Below, piece by piece: positions 20,028 to 29,641 of a DNA stretch of 64,000 bases; position 1 is the stretch's first letter, and every line of letters begins with the position of its first letter. Under the pieces are notes generated by a model. That model was given only the letters and a program-made list of their open reading frames with translations. It was not told the origin of the DNA and did no database searches. Location: assembly GCA_963674965.2 (NCBI GenBank), contig CAXXFL010000001.1, forward strand, positions 1,376,001-1,440,000, written 5' to 3'. Both the position numbers and the translations under genes were made by a program. Source of the stretch: a bacterium. GTDB lineage: Bacteria > RBG-13-61-14 > DATKZS01.

Positions 20028-20753
20028 ATGGACAAATCGATATATGGAGCATTATCCGGGGCCATGGCGCAAGAGAAAAGGTTGTACGTGATTACCAACA
20101 ACCTTTCCAACCAGGACACGCCGGGCTTCAAGGCCGAGCGTCCCTGCTTTTCCTCTGTCCTTACCGATGAGGTGGTTGGATCGAGCGCCCGGACTCCCGA
20201 CGAGGACTTGGTTTTCGGGGCCATCTCGGCCACGAAGACGGACTTCTCGCAAGGGTCTGCCAAGTATACAGGAAGGAGGACCGACATTTGCCTTAACGGC
20301 CCTGGGTTCCTCGTGGTGGACGCTCCGGACGGAGAGCGCTACACCCGTGCGGGTAACTTAAGGCTCGACGCCTCGGGAACGCTGGTCACGCCCGACGGTT
20401 ATAACGTCAAGGGAGAGTCCGGCGAGATAAGGCTTTTCGAGGGCCCCTTCAATATCGCCCCCGACGGGACGGTCAGCCAGGGCGGCGCGGTTGTGGACAC
20501 GATCAAGATGGTCGAGTTCGAGGACAATGACAAGTTGAAAAAGGAAGGCAAAAACCTTTTCAACGGTGACGAGGCGGGCCTGAAGGACGCCGAGAACACC
20601 TATATCATGCAGGAATACGTCGAGTCATCCAACGTGGACCCGGTCAGGTCCCTGGTCGAGATGATAAGCGCCAACCGCGGTTTCCAGGTTATACAGAAGG
20701 GGATCAAGGACTCTTACGAGGTCTCCCGCAAGGTGGCCAACTTTGGCATATAA
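20028..20753 (+). CDS. flgF: Flagellar basal-body rod protein FlgF
   Basis: NNLSNQDTPGFK, YTRAGN, ESSNVDPV; precedes flgG. Confidence 0.88.
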   Translation: MDKSIYGALSGAMAQEKRLYVITNNLSNQDTPGFKAERPCFSSVLTDEVVGSSARTPDEDLVFGAISATKTDFSQGSAKYTGRRTDICLNGPGFLVVDAPDGERYTRAGNLRLDASGTLVTPDGYNVKGESGEIRLFEGPFNIAPDGTVSQGGAVVDTIKMVEFEDNDKLKKEGKNLFNGDEAGLKDAENTYIMQEYVESSNVDPVRSLVEMISANRGFQVIQKGIKDSYEVSRKVANFGI

Positions 20754-20781
20754 AATAAATCAGGTCATCATGGAGGATTGA

Positions 20782-21567
20782 ATGATACCGGCTCTATACA
20801 TAGCGGCAAGCGGAATGAACGCCCAACAGATCAAGATCGACAACGTGGCCAACAACCTGGCCAACGTCAGCACCACGGGCTTCAAGAAATCCAGGTCCAC
20901 CTTCGAGGACCTAATGTACCATCAGGTCCGGGCGCCGGGCGCCAGCTCGTCCTCGGAAACCACCGTGCCCACGGGAGTGCAAATCGGACACGGAGTCAAA
21001 ACCGCCGCGGTGGACAAGATTTTCTCGCAAGGCGACCTGCAGCAGACCGGGAACATGCTCGACCTGTCCATCGAGGGCGACGGCTTCTTCCAGGTGCTCC
21101 GGCCCACCGGGGAGGTGGCATATACCCGCGCCGGGTCCTTCCGGCTCGACCGGGACGGACGAGTGGTCAACGTGGATGGCATGTCCCTCCAGCCCGAGAT
21201 CACCATCCCGCCCGATACGGTCTCCATGACCATCGGCGAGGACGGAACGGTCACGGTTCTGCAGGCGGGCCAGACCAACGCCACTCAGGTGGGCCAGATC
21301 GAGCTGGTAAATTTCATCAATCCCTCAGGACTCCTGGCGGTGGGCCAAAACCTCTTTTTGCCCACCGACGCCTCGGGAGACCCCGTGACGGGCACGGCGG
21401 GAGAGAACGGTCTGGGCAGGGTCCTTCAGGGTTTCCTCGAGAACTCGAACGTGGACGTGGCCGAAGAACTGATCAATATGATCATGGCCCAGCGCGCATA
21501 CGAGGTCAACTCGAGAGCCATTCAGGCCGCCGACGACATGCTTCAAACCGTGAGCCAAATGGTTTAA
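20782..21567 (+). CDS. flgG: Flagellar distal rod protein FlgG
   Basis: ANNLANVSTTGFKKSR..FEDLMY, QIGHGV, AQRAYEVNS. Confidence 0.97.
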   Translation: MIPALYIAASGMNAQQIKIDNVANNLANVSTTGFKKSRSTFEDLMYHQVRAPGASSSSETTVPTGVQIGHGVKTAAVDKIFSQGDLQQTGNMLDLSIEGDGFFQVLRPTGEVAYTRAGSFRLDRDGRVVNVDGMSLQPEITIPPDTVSMTIGEDGTVTVLQAGQTNATQVGQIELVNFINPSGLLAVGQNLFLPTDASGDPVTGTAGENGLGRVLQGFLENSNVDVAEELINMIMAQRAYEVNSRAIQAADDMLQTVSQMV

Positions 21568-21577
21568 GGTGTTAAAA

Positions 21578-22327
21578 ATGAAGGGATTAAATTGCATTAT
21601 TAAAAAAGCCGCCGCCGGGGCTATCCCGCTCGTCGCCCTGGCCGTCCTAGCGGGAGCGCCGGGAAAGCTCGGGGCGGGCCAGTGCGCAAGTTATATAAGC
21701 GCCGGGCAGATAGTCCAGTTCGCCCGCCAGGCGGTGTTGGAGGAAATCTCCCGGAACGCCCGGGGCACGGCGGGCTGGAACGTGCAGTCTTCCTACCGGG
21801 GAGACCTTTGCCTTCCCCAGGCTAACCTTACTTATAACGCGGCCTGCCCGGCGGGCGTCAAGCTGCCCGGAAGCATGACGGTGAGAGTGGACATTTACTC
21901 CAATCATGTTCTGGTCAAGTCGATATGGGTACCCATGTCGGTGACCATGACGGCCTCGGCTCCCGTGGCCACGCGCAACATGAGCAGGGGAGACATAATT
22001 AACGGTGGAGACGTTACTTTTCAAAATAGGGGCTTTACGAGCGCTTCCGATATGTCCTTCCCCAGCCGGGTCGATGGGATGAGGCTGAAAAGGAGCGTCA
22101 GGGCGGGACAGGTAATCACCGCCTCCATGCTCGAAAAAGCGTCCGTGGTCGAGAGAAACAAGAGCGTCACCCTGGTGGCCAACGGCCCGGGCATAAGCGT
22201 TTCCTGCCCCGGCAAAGCCTTGCAAGACGGAGCACCGGGCGACCGGATCAGGGTAAAAAACGAGTCGTCGGGCCGGATCGTGGACGGCATAGTCAACGAG
22301 AACGGCGAGGTCGAGGTCGATTTTTAA
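21578..22327 (+). CDS. flgA: P-ring formation chaperone FlgA
   Basis: Signal peptide, SAF domain, GKALQDGAPGDRIRVKN.SS. Confidence 0.88.
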   Translation: MKGLNCIIKKAAAGAIPLVALAVLAGAPGKLGAGQCASYISAGQIVQFARQAVLEEISRNARGTAGWNVQSSYRGDLCLPQANLTYNAACPAGVKLPGSMTVRVDIYSNHVLVKSIWVPMSVTMTASAPVATRNMSRGDIINGGDVTFQNRGFTSASDMSFPSRVDGMRLKRSVRAGQVITASMLEKASVVERNKSVTLVANGPGISVSCPGKALQDGAPGDRIRVKNESSGRIVDGIVNENGEVEVDF

Positions 22328-22339
22328 TGGAGATTTAAA

Positions 22340-23044
22340 ATGATGTATTTCGGTTCTTTAGCTAAAAATTCCATTCCCGCTATCTTTATATTTTTCCTTT
22401 ACTCGTGCGCGGCCATGGGACCAAAGGAGACGCAGAAAAGATACGCGCCCATAACGCCGCCCAAGGAGCCGGTCGTAAGTGAAAAAGGATCGCTCTGGGA
22501 CGACGGGGCTCCCGGCAGGCCGCTTATCCTTTCGAACCGGGCCCGGGGCAGGGGAGACCTGGTCACGGTCGTCGTAAGCGAAAACGCCAGCGCCTTTAAC
22601 GAGGCCAGCACCGAGGTCGAGAGGGACGGAGATTACGACGCGAACGTGAAGGCCCTGCTCGGGTTCGGACGGGAAATCGTGGCCCATAACCCCAACTTCA
22701 GCCAGGAAACCACCATCGACGCCGCCAGCTCGAGCAGCTATAAAGGCGGCGGCAAGACCACGCGTCAAAACAAGCTGACCGCCAAGGTTACGGCCACCAT
22801 CGTCGAGGTGTCCCCCGAGGGCAACTTCTATATCGAGGGAAAACACGAGGTCGTGGTCAACGGCGAGAAACAGACGGTCCAGATCAGCGGCATCATCAGG
22901 CCCGAGGATATAAAGGCCGACAATTCGGTCATGTCATCGGACGTGGCCGAGGCCAAGGTGGTCTACAACGGCAAAGGCCTGGTGGCGGAAAAACAAAACC
23001 AGGGCTGGCTGGCCAGGATTCTGGACGTCGTGTGGCCCATGTAA
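22340..23044 (+). CDS. flgH: Flagellar L-ring lipoprotein FlgH
   Basis: Lipobox-like FLYSC, GSLW, RA..GDLVTV, GIIRPEDI, QGWLARILD. Confidence 0.93.
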   Translation: MMYFGSLAKNSIPAIFIFFLYSCAAMGPKETQKRYAPITPPKEPVVSEKGSLWDDGAPGRPLILSNRARGRGDLVTVVVSENASAFNEASTEVERDGDYDANVKALLGFGREIVAHNPNFSQETTIDAASSSSYKGGGKTTRQNKLTAKVTATIVEVSPEGNFYIEGKHEVVVNGEKQTVQISGIIRPEDIKADNSVMSSDVAEAKVVYNGKGLVAEKQNQGWLARILDVVWPM

Positions 23045-23111
23045 CTTTCGGGACCGAAAAAAAAGGAACGGAAAAATGCGAGGGAAACGCCATAACCAGA
23101 CCGGACGGACC

Positions 23112-24221
23112 ATGAGAGCCCGACCGAAAGTCTTTTTCCTTTTCGCTCTAGGGGCGGTCTGGATAATTTTGGCCGGTCCGGCCTCCGGGGCCCGGATCAA
23201 GGACATAGCCTCTTTCCAGGGGGTACGGAGTAACCCTATTATAGGTTACGGTTTGGTAGTTGGCCTTGAGGGTACCGGAGATTCACCGCAATCGGTGTTC
23301 ACCAACCATTCCATCGCCGCCGTACTCGATAAACTCGGAGTCGGAGTCGAGCAGTCCGTCAGGTCAAGAAACGTGGCCGCCGTCATGGTTACCTCGGAAC
23401 TACCCGAATTTCCCAGGCAGGGACAGCGCTTCGACGTGACCGTTTCATCCATGGGCGACGCCAAGAGCCTGCAGGGAGGGACCCTCGTGCTCACGCCGCT
23501 TCGGGCGGTAAACGGCGAGATTTACGCCCTGGCCCAGGGTCCCGTCTCGATCGGCGGATTCAGCGCCGGCGCCAGCGGGTCCAAGGTGGCCAAGAACCAT
23601 CAGACGGTGGGACGAGTGGTTAGAGGGGCCGTAGTCGAGAAAGAGATAAACTACGAGTTCGAGTCCTCGGAGGAGTTGGTACTCATTCTGGACGATCCGG
23701 ATTTTACCACGGCCCTGTCCATCGAGCGCGAGATCAACCGGACCCTGGGCAGGGGCACGGCCCACGCCGCCGACCCGGGCACGGTACGGATCGAGGTCGG
23801 CAACAAGATGCGCTCGAAGCTGGTCCGTTACGTGGCGGCCATCGAGAACCTGGACGTTCCGGTGGACGGCAAGGCCCGGGTAATCCTGAACGAGAGAACG
23901 GGCACGGTGGTAATCGGGGCCGACGTCAAAATTCTGCCGGTTGCCATATCACACGGCGGGCTTAAAATCCAAATCAAGCAGACCAACCAGATCAGTCAGC
24001 CCCTTCCATTTTCTCCTCGCGGCCAGACGGTGGTGGTACCGGAGGCCGAGGTATCGGTGGAGGAGGAAACGAGGAACCTGGTGGTACTTGAACAAAATGC
24101 CACGGTAGATCAGTTGGTTAGCGCGCTAAATGCGCTTGGCGTTTCACCTCGGGACCTGGTTGCCATCTTCCAGGCCCTTAAGGCCGCGGGCGCTCTCCAG
24201 GCGGAGATACAGATTATCTAG
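23112..24221 (+). CDS. flgI: Flagellar P-ring protein FlgI
   Basis: ARIKDIA..GVRSNPIIGYGLVVGLEGTGD, AKSLQGGTL, NERTGTVV, LKAAGAL. Confidence 0.97.
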   Translation: MRARPKVFFLFALGAVWIILAGPASGARIKDIASFQGVRSNPIIGYGLVVGLEGTGDSPQSVFTNHSIAAVLDKLGVGVEQSVRSRNVAAVMVTSELPEFPRQGQRFDVTVSSMGDAKSLQGGTLVLTPLRAVNGEIYALAQGPVSIGGFSAGASGSKVAKNHQTVGRVVRGAVVEKEINYEFESSEELVLILDDPDFTTALSIEREINRTLGRGTAHAADPGTVRIEVGNKMRSKLVRYVAAIENLDVPVDGKARVILNERTGTVVIGADVKILPVAISHGGLKIQIKQTNQISQPLPFSPRGQTVVVPEAEVSVEEETRNLVVLEQNATVDQLVSALNALGVSPRDLVAIFQALKAAGALQAEIQII

Positions 24222-24246
24222 ACAAAAGGGAAAGCTTTTTAATACG

Positions 24247-24262
24247 AGGCATGAAGATTGCT
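24247..24262 (+). promoter_or_regulatory. sigma54 promoter upstream of flgJ-like gene
   Basis: AGGCATGAAGATTGCT, GG-N10-GC, in the flgI-flgJ spacer. Confidence 0.65.
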
Positions 24263-24294
24263 CGAAGATTATTGAGGATAGGAGAGGTAATAAG

Positions 24295-25140
24295 ATGAAC
24301 GGCATATTTGTCAATCCTTACGAGAAGAACATAGACATAGAGGAAATCCGTCGGGCCGGCCAGATTGGAGACTCGGCCAAGCTGGAGAAGGCTTCCAAAT
24401 CCTTTGAGGCCGTCATGCTCTCGACCATGCTTGAGGAAATGCGAAAGACCATCCCCAAAATGGACCTTGACGAATCCAACCCCGGCATGGACTTGTACCA
24501 GGCCATGCTCTACCAGATGATCGCCGAAAAATGGGCCGGGTCCTCGGACCTCGGCATTGCCGATCTGGTCGAGAAACAAAACGGAAAATCCAACGATGAA
24601 GCCAAGTTAAGCGTGGCTTCTCTTACGAGCGAGACGGGTGGTTCACCCAATATTGAAAGGCTGAAAGATCTTTCGGAAAGATATCATAAATCCAATCCAG
24701 GAGCCGCTTCGGCCACGAGCCTGGCCTCGAACGGAGTGTACCAGGCCCCGGCCAAGGAGGAGGAACTAAAGGATTTGCCCGAGCGTGTCGATAAGAGGTT
24801 CATGACGAACAAGGAGTACATGCATTCGGTATTCGTTGACTTGACCGCCGGCATATGGGTCAATAAACTGCCCGAGCCGCCCGAGTTCCACAACGCTCCT
24901 TCCGACCTGGCGGAGCAAATGGACAGCATCTCGGCGGAAAATCCCATGACCGCCGCGGGTGATTTCGAGTTCAACGGATTCGATGAATATGAAAAATACT
25001 CCAAGGTGCCGGGAATATTTTCCAAGGACGAGGAAAAATTCTCCTTGAAATCTCTTTTCAAGGGACAGGATAAAGACAATGAAATCTTTGGGGAAGCGCA
25101 AAAATATTCTAAAGTTCCCGGAATTTGGTCCGATAAGTAA
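24295..25140 (+). CDS. flgJ: FlgJ-like rod-binding protein with long non-muramidase C-terminal extension
   Basis: KLEKASKSFEAVMLSTMLEEMRKTIP...LGIADLV rod-binding motif; position between flgI and flgM. Confidence 0.75.
   Translation: MNGIFVNPYEKNIDIEEIRRAGQIGDSAKLEKASKSFEAVMLSTMLEEMRKTIPKMDLDESNPGMDLYQAMLYQMIAEKWAGSSDLGIADLVEKQNGKSNDEAKLSVASLTSETGGSPNIERLKDLSERYHKSNPGAASATSLASNGVYQAPAKEEELKDLPERVDKRFMTNKEYMHSVFVDLTAGIWVNKLPEPPEFHNAPSDLAEQMDSISAENPMTAAGDFEFNGFDEYEKYSKVPGIFSKDEEKFSLKSLFKGQDKDNEIFGEAQKYSKVPGIWSDK
25110..25136 (+). promoter_or_regulatory. sigma28 promoter for flgM operon, embedded in the flgJ 3' end
   Basis: TAAA-N15-TCCGATAA versus consensus TAAA-N15-GCCGATAA. Confidence 0.8.
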
Positions 25141-25170
25141 GATGACGCGACAATCCGAAAGGAGTTAGTC

Positions 25171-25479
25171 ATGAAAGTAAATGGAAAAATATTCACTGAA
25201 AACGATCCTTTAAGAAGCTTGCAAAGCGCCAAGGAAAAGGCCGCTAAAAGCGATAAGACCGGACAGGGCTCGGTCGTGGGCGGTGGCGACAAAATCGCCA
25301 TCTCCAGTTCGGTCCGTCAGGTTGACGATTTGGCGGCGGCCGCGGCCAATACCCCGGAGATCAGGCAGGCCAAAGTGGCCGAGGTCAAGGAAAAGATAGC
25401 GAGCGGCAATTTCAAGATCGATTACGATCTGTTGGCTGAGCGGATGCTGGGCGTGATCAAGGAAATGGGCGGCGAGTAA
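25171..25479 (+). CDS. flgM: Anti-sigma28 factor FlgM
   Basis: DKIAISS, PEIRQAKVAEVKEKIASGNFKID...LAERM. Confidence 0.9.
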   Translation: MKVNGKIFTENDPLRSLQSAKEKAAKSDKTGQGSVVGGGDKIAISSSVRQVDDLAAAAANTPEIRQAKVAEVKEKIASGNFKIDYDLLAERMLGVIKEMGGE

Positions 25480-25491
25480 GCGGAGCATACT

Positions 25492-25998
25492 TTGAACGAA
25501 GCGGCTTTACATACGGACGCTCTACGCTCGGAGCTAAACGAGGAAGTGGAGGCACTCAAGGAATTAACGTTAGTCCTTCAGGCCGAGCAGACCGCTTTGG
25601 TCGAGCTTGACCTGGAGGCGATCGAAGGGCTTGCAACCAAGAAGGAGGAGCTTGTCGGGCGTCTCGCGGCGCTCACCCTTGCCCGCAAAAACGTGATGGA
25701 TCAATTAAAGGCCACTCATCCGGCGCTTTCATCCATGGCGGCCGATCCATCACCGGGCGAACTGGCGCGCGCCCTTGGCGAGGATGACCTTACCGACTCC
25801 CTTCGCAAAATCAAATCTCTGGCCGTCTCGATCGGCGAGTTGAACTCGATTAACCGGTCTCTCGTATCCGGGTCTCTTGTCCACTTGAGGCAGGCCATGA
25901 GCATATTGGGAATTTCCTCGTCCCCCGGCCTGTACAACATGCGCGGTGGAATTGACGAGTCGGGCGGGACGGGCGTTATGGTCAGGGAAACTATTTAG
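25492..25998 (+). CDS. flgN: Flagellar export chaperone FlgN
   Basis: Helical protein, ELNSINRSLV, C-terminal LY; between flgM and flgK; TTG start. Confidence 0.8.
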   Translation: MNEAALHTDALRSELNEEVEALKELTLVLQAEQTALVELDLEAIEGLATKKEELVGRLAALTLARKNVMDQLKATHPALSSMAADPSPGELARALGEDDLTDSLRKIKSLAVSIGELNSINRSLVSGSLVHLRQAMSILGISSSPGLYNMRGGIDESGGTGVMVRETI

Positions 25999-26009
25999 GA
26001 GAGGTTGCC

Positions 26010-27407
26010 ATGTCCGGTATTTTCGAGGTCCTGCACATAGCCCATACCGGGCTTTCGGCCCAGCAGCTTGGACTGCAGGTCACGGGCAACAATATAGCCA
26101 ACGTGAACACGCCCGGCTACGCCCGGCAGCGGGTCATTCTTTCTCCCGCTCCCATCGCGGGGAACGAGGAGGGGTCCCACGGCACGGGCGTCAGGATCGA
26201 CGGAGTCGAGCGCTTTTACAGCCGCTACCTGGACATTCAAGTGGTCCAGCAAAAACAGGCCATGGGAGAGATGGACGCCAGGAACGAGATCATGGGCCAG
26301 ATCGAGCCGCTTTTCACGGACCTGGACGACGGCGGCCTGGCCAACGACGTCTCGGCCCTTTTCAACTCTTTCCGCGAGTTGGCGGCCCATCCCACCGGGA
26401 CGGCCGAGCGCCAGGCGGTGATCGGGGCGGCCGAGTCGGTGGCTGAGAACTTCAACTCGATCGTGGCCACGGCCCAGGACATCCGGGAGACCATGAAGAA
26501 CCAGATCAAGGACATGGTTTCCGAGATCAATTCCCTTGGCGCCCAGTTGGCCGAGATCAACAAGGCCATGGCCATCCAGGAGGCCCAGGGCGGCAACGTT
26601 CTTTCTTTAATGGACCAGAGGCAGTCAACCCTCGAGGAACTCTCCGAGCTGGTCGAGATCAATCCACTCGACATCAGCGGCGACACCTCGAAGATACTCA
26701 TCGCGGGCGAGCACCCGCTGGTTGACGGGGGAAACTTCTATCCGATTTCGTGGAGCATCGACTCGACGGACCCGGAGAATATAATCATCCGTGACTCGAC
26801 GGGGGCCGACGTTTCCGCCGAGATAGACTCGGGCCGGATGGGCGGTACCCTGGACATTTACCAGAACTACCTGCCCTCTTACATGGCCGACCTCGATCAG
26901 CTGGCCTATACCCTGACCACGGAGATCAACGCCGTGCATCGCGCCGGTTACGGACTGGACGGCGGGACCGGTCGGGGCCTCTTCGTCGAGCCGGTGACCG
27001 TGGACGGGGCCGCGGGCATGATGGCGATTGACCCGGCCGTTTCGGGGAATACCGACGCCATCGCCGCCGCTATTGACGCCGCCGACCTGCCGGGAGGAAA
27101 CGGCAACGCCGCTCTTTTAGCCGAGGTTCAGAACAACCGCTACTTCGCGGGTGGGACCCTGACCATCGAGGACTACTACACGGACATAACCTCGAGGGTC
27201 GGCATCGACGCCAGGTCGGCCGAGCTGGGAGTCGACCGCCAGGAGAGGATGCTCGAGGAAAGCATCAATTTCAGGGAGCAGGCCTCGGGCGTGTCCATCG
27301 ACGAGGAAGCCATCAACCTCATGCGATATCAGAGGGCTTACGAGGCCTCGGCCAGGGTGGTCTCGGCCGCCGACGAGCTTCTCCAGGCCCTCCTCAACAT
27401 GGTCTAA
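26010..27407 (+). CDS. flgK: Hook-associated protein FlgK
   Basis: GNNIANVNTPGYARQ, SGVSIDEE..NLMRYQRAYEASAR. Confidence 0.95.
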   Translation: MSGIFEVLHIAHTGLSAQQLGLQVTGNNIANVNTPGYARQRVILSPAPIAGNEEGSHGTGVRIDGVERFYSRYLDIQVVQQKQAMGEMDARNEIMGQIEPLFTDLDDGGLANDVSALFNSFRELAAHPTGTAERQAVIGAAESVAENFNSIVATAQDIRETMKNQIKDMVSEINSLGAQLAEINKAMAIQEAQGGNVLSLMDQRQSTLEELSELVEINPLDISGDTSKILIAGEHPLVDGGNFYPISWSIDSTDPENIIIRDSTGADVSAEIDSGRMGGTLDIYQNYLPSYMADLDQLAYTLTTEINAVHRAGYGLDGGTGRGLFVEPVTVDGAAGMMAIDPAVSGNTDAIAAAIDAADLPGGNGNAALLAEVQNNRYFAGGTLTIEDYYTDITSRVGIDARSAELGVDRQERMLEESINFREQASGVSIDEEAINLMRYQRAYEASARVVSAADELLQALLNMV

Positions 27408-27420
27408 AAGGAGTCAAAAA

Positions 27421-28311
27421 ATGTCCTCCCGGGTTACGACAAGGGCCGCCTATAACCTGGCCATGCGCGAGATGACGATTGCCAGGGGCCAGTGGTACGA
27501 CACCCAGGAAAAGCTGATTACCGGAAGAAAAATCAACCGGCCCAGCGACGACCCCGCGGGCAACGCCCAGGCGGTCAGACTGCGTTCGTCCATCGACAAG
27601 AACGAGACTTATCAGAACAACGCCTCACGGGGCAAGAACTGGCTGCTTCAGGCAGACACGGCGCTTCAAAGCATGTCCAGCATCGTGGCCAGGGGAAGGG
27701 AAATTGCCGTCCAGATGGCCAACGGCACCAGGAACGCCGAGGAAAGACAGTACGTGGCCAACGAGGTTGACGGGCTTCTCGAGTTCGCGGTCCAGCTTGC
27801 CAACTCCAAGGTTGACGACGAGTATATCTTTGGAGGAAACCAGACCATCATAGCGCCATTCGACGCGGCCGGAAATTACACGGGCGATAACGCGATACGT
27901 CTGGTCGAGACGGGGGACGGGGTCCAGACGCCCATCGCCATCCGGGGCGGAGACGCCTTTGCCGGGACCAGCGGCGGCGAGAACGTTTTCCAGATACTGA
28001 CCGATTTGGCGACGGCGCTTCGCGCCAACGACGAGACGGGCATAAGGGACGCCGCGGGCGACCTGGGAGACATGCACGATCAACTCGGCCTTTACATCGT
28101 GGACACGGGCGCCAAGTTGTCGAGGGTCGAGAAAGCGGCCACCCATCTCGAGGAACTCTACGAGCGCTTTATGACCAACCTCTCCGACGTGGAGGACGCC
28201 GACATGTTCGAGACGGCCAGTAACCTGACCCTCCAGGAAGCCATGATCGAGAAGCTGGCCTCGGCCACCGCCAGAATACTCACGCCTTCGGTAATGGATT
28301 ACATGAGATAA
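27421..28311 (+). CDS. flgL: Hook-associated protein FlgL
   Basis: TGRKINRPSDDP, LANS..DDEYIFGG, LSDVEDAD, SVMDYMR. Confidence 0.93.
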   Translation: MSSRVTTRAAYNLAMREMTIARGQWYDTQEKLITGRKINRPSDDPAGNAQAVRLRSSIDKNETYQNNASRGKNWLLQADTALQSMSSIVARGREIAVQMANGTRNAEERQYVANEVDGLLEFAVQLANSKVDDEYIFGGNQTIIAPFDAAGNYTGDNAIRLVETGDGVQTPIAIRGGDAFAGTSGGENVFQILTDLATALRANDETGIRDAAGDLGDMHDQLGLYIVDTGAKLSRVEKAATHLEELYERFMTNLSDVEDADMFETASNLTLQEAMIEKLASATARILTPSVMDYMR

Positions 28312-28380
28312 GACTCGTCGAAAAACCTCTCTTTTTCGTTTCATCCTTATAAAATCAAAGCGTTTACGCTAAAGATTTTT

Positions 28381-29529
28381 CTATCGATAAAGGCCCCTGA
28401 CCGGAAACGTGGTGACCCATAGATCGGAAAGCCGCTCGGAGCCAAGGCCCTTTCCAGCGGTGTGAGCCAAAAGTACGCGCTCTTCGCCGCCAATAGTAAC
28501 GAAAGCCATGGCCGCATAGCAGTACCACAAGTCCATATCGTCATAGATGATCCTGGAAGGCCCCCAGGTTTTTCCATCGTCTCTCGAAACCGCCGCGGTA
28601 AAGGGAGAACGTCTCAGCCTTTTCCATCCTCTCCACCGCGAGTCGTTGTCGTTCCAGACAAGGAGAAGGTCTCCCGTCGAGGGTATCCTTTTAATGGAGG
28701 CGGGGGAGAGTGGGGAAGCGATATTCGATGGGACCGGCGTGGACCAGGTGAGGCCATGGTCCTCCGAGTACGACAGGTATTGCGCTCTTCGCTTGGTCCG
28801 CATGAGCATCATCACCCGGCCGTCCTCGAGCTCGATCACGCCGGGCTCGGCCAGTTGGCGAAGTGGGCCATGCAGCCTTAAAGAGCCAGCGCTTCTTTGG
28901 AAAGTCCGTCCGTCGTCGTCCGAAAAGCAGCATAGGCTTTGGCCCCGGCCCGTGAGAGGAAGAAGTATACGTCCCGTTGACAACTGAACGGCCCGGTCGT
29001 TATTGGCGCCCAGGTATGGCTCGTCGCTCGCGACCGTAATGGGCCTGGTCCAGCTTTGGCCCTCGTCCTTGGAAAACCTCGCCACCGGATAGACCCGGGG
29101 TCCGCTCTTCAGCCCTCCTTGCCTGCGGAGGTCGTGGAGGTAGAACAAGGCTATCTCGCCGTTTTGGAGCCTTAAAAAAGATACGCACTTCGAGCTTACG
29201 TCCTCATCGGCAAGAAGATACTTTTCCTTAGACCAGCAAAGTCCGCCGTCTCGCGAGGAGCGGAAGGCCAGACGGGAAAAACCCCAGTCGTCGCTGGTAT
29301 CCGTAAAGTGTCCGTAGGCCAGTATAATCGTTCCATCGGCGAGCCGAATAAAGTCTCCTTCTCCGTTCCTGGGGTTATGGGGAGAAGCTCCAATATTAAG
29401 GGTACTTTGAACGCCAGACAGACGGTCGCCGCTAAGTATGGCTTGCCTCGCTCCATAAGACGCGTCAGGTAATATCATGGAGGAGGCGATAGTCGCCGAA
29501 AGCCTTAAATATTCTCTTCTGTTGAACAT
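28381..29529 (-). CDS. Tat-exported BNR/Asp-box sialidase-family protein
   Basis: NRREYL Tat motif; five Asp boxes (SRDGGLCW, SKDEGQSW, SDDDGRTF, SEDHGLTW, SRDDGKTW). Confidence 0.85.
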   Translation of the reverse strand: MFNRREYLRLSATIASSMILPDASYGARQAILSGDRLSGVQSTLNIGASPHNPRNGEGDFIRLADGTIILAYGHFTDTSDDWGFSRLAFRSSRDGGLCWSKEKYLLADEDVSSKCVSFLRLQNGEIALFYLHDLRRQGGLKSGPRVYPVARFSKDEGQSWTRPITVASDEPYLGANNDRAVQLSTGRILLPLTGRGQSLCCFSDDDGRTFQRSAGSLRLHGPLRQLAEPGVIELEDGRVMMLMRTKRRAQYLSYSEDHGLTWSTPVPSNIASPLSPASIKRIPSTGDLLLVWNDNDSRWRGWKRLRRSPFTAAVSRDDGKTWGPSRIIYDDMDLWYCYAAMAFVTIGGEERVLLAHTAGKGLGSERLSDLWVTTFPVRGLYR

Positions 29530-29641
29530 GACCGAGAAAAGTCGATCTTCCAGTTCGTTTTTTAAAACAACGCAAGTAACGTTGATTTATAATCGACATT
29601 TCCAAAGAGATCAACGCGCCGCGGCCAAAACATTTCCGCCG

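Noticed and set aside
7278-28311. Absence of flgBCDE, fliEFGHIJK and flagellin suggesting a degenerate flagellar system
   Set aside because: All genes present look intact with promoters; split flagellar clusters are common, so the rest is probably elsewhere.
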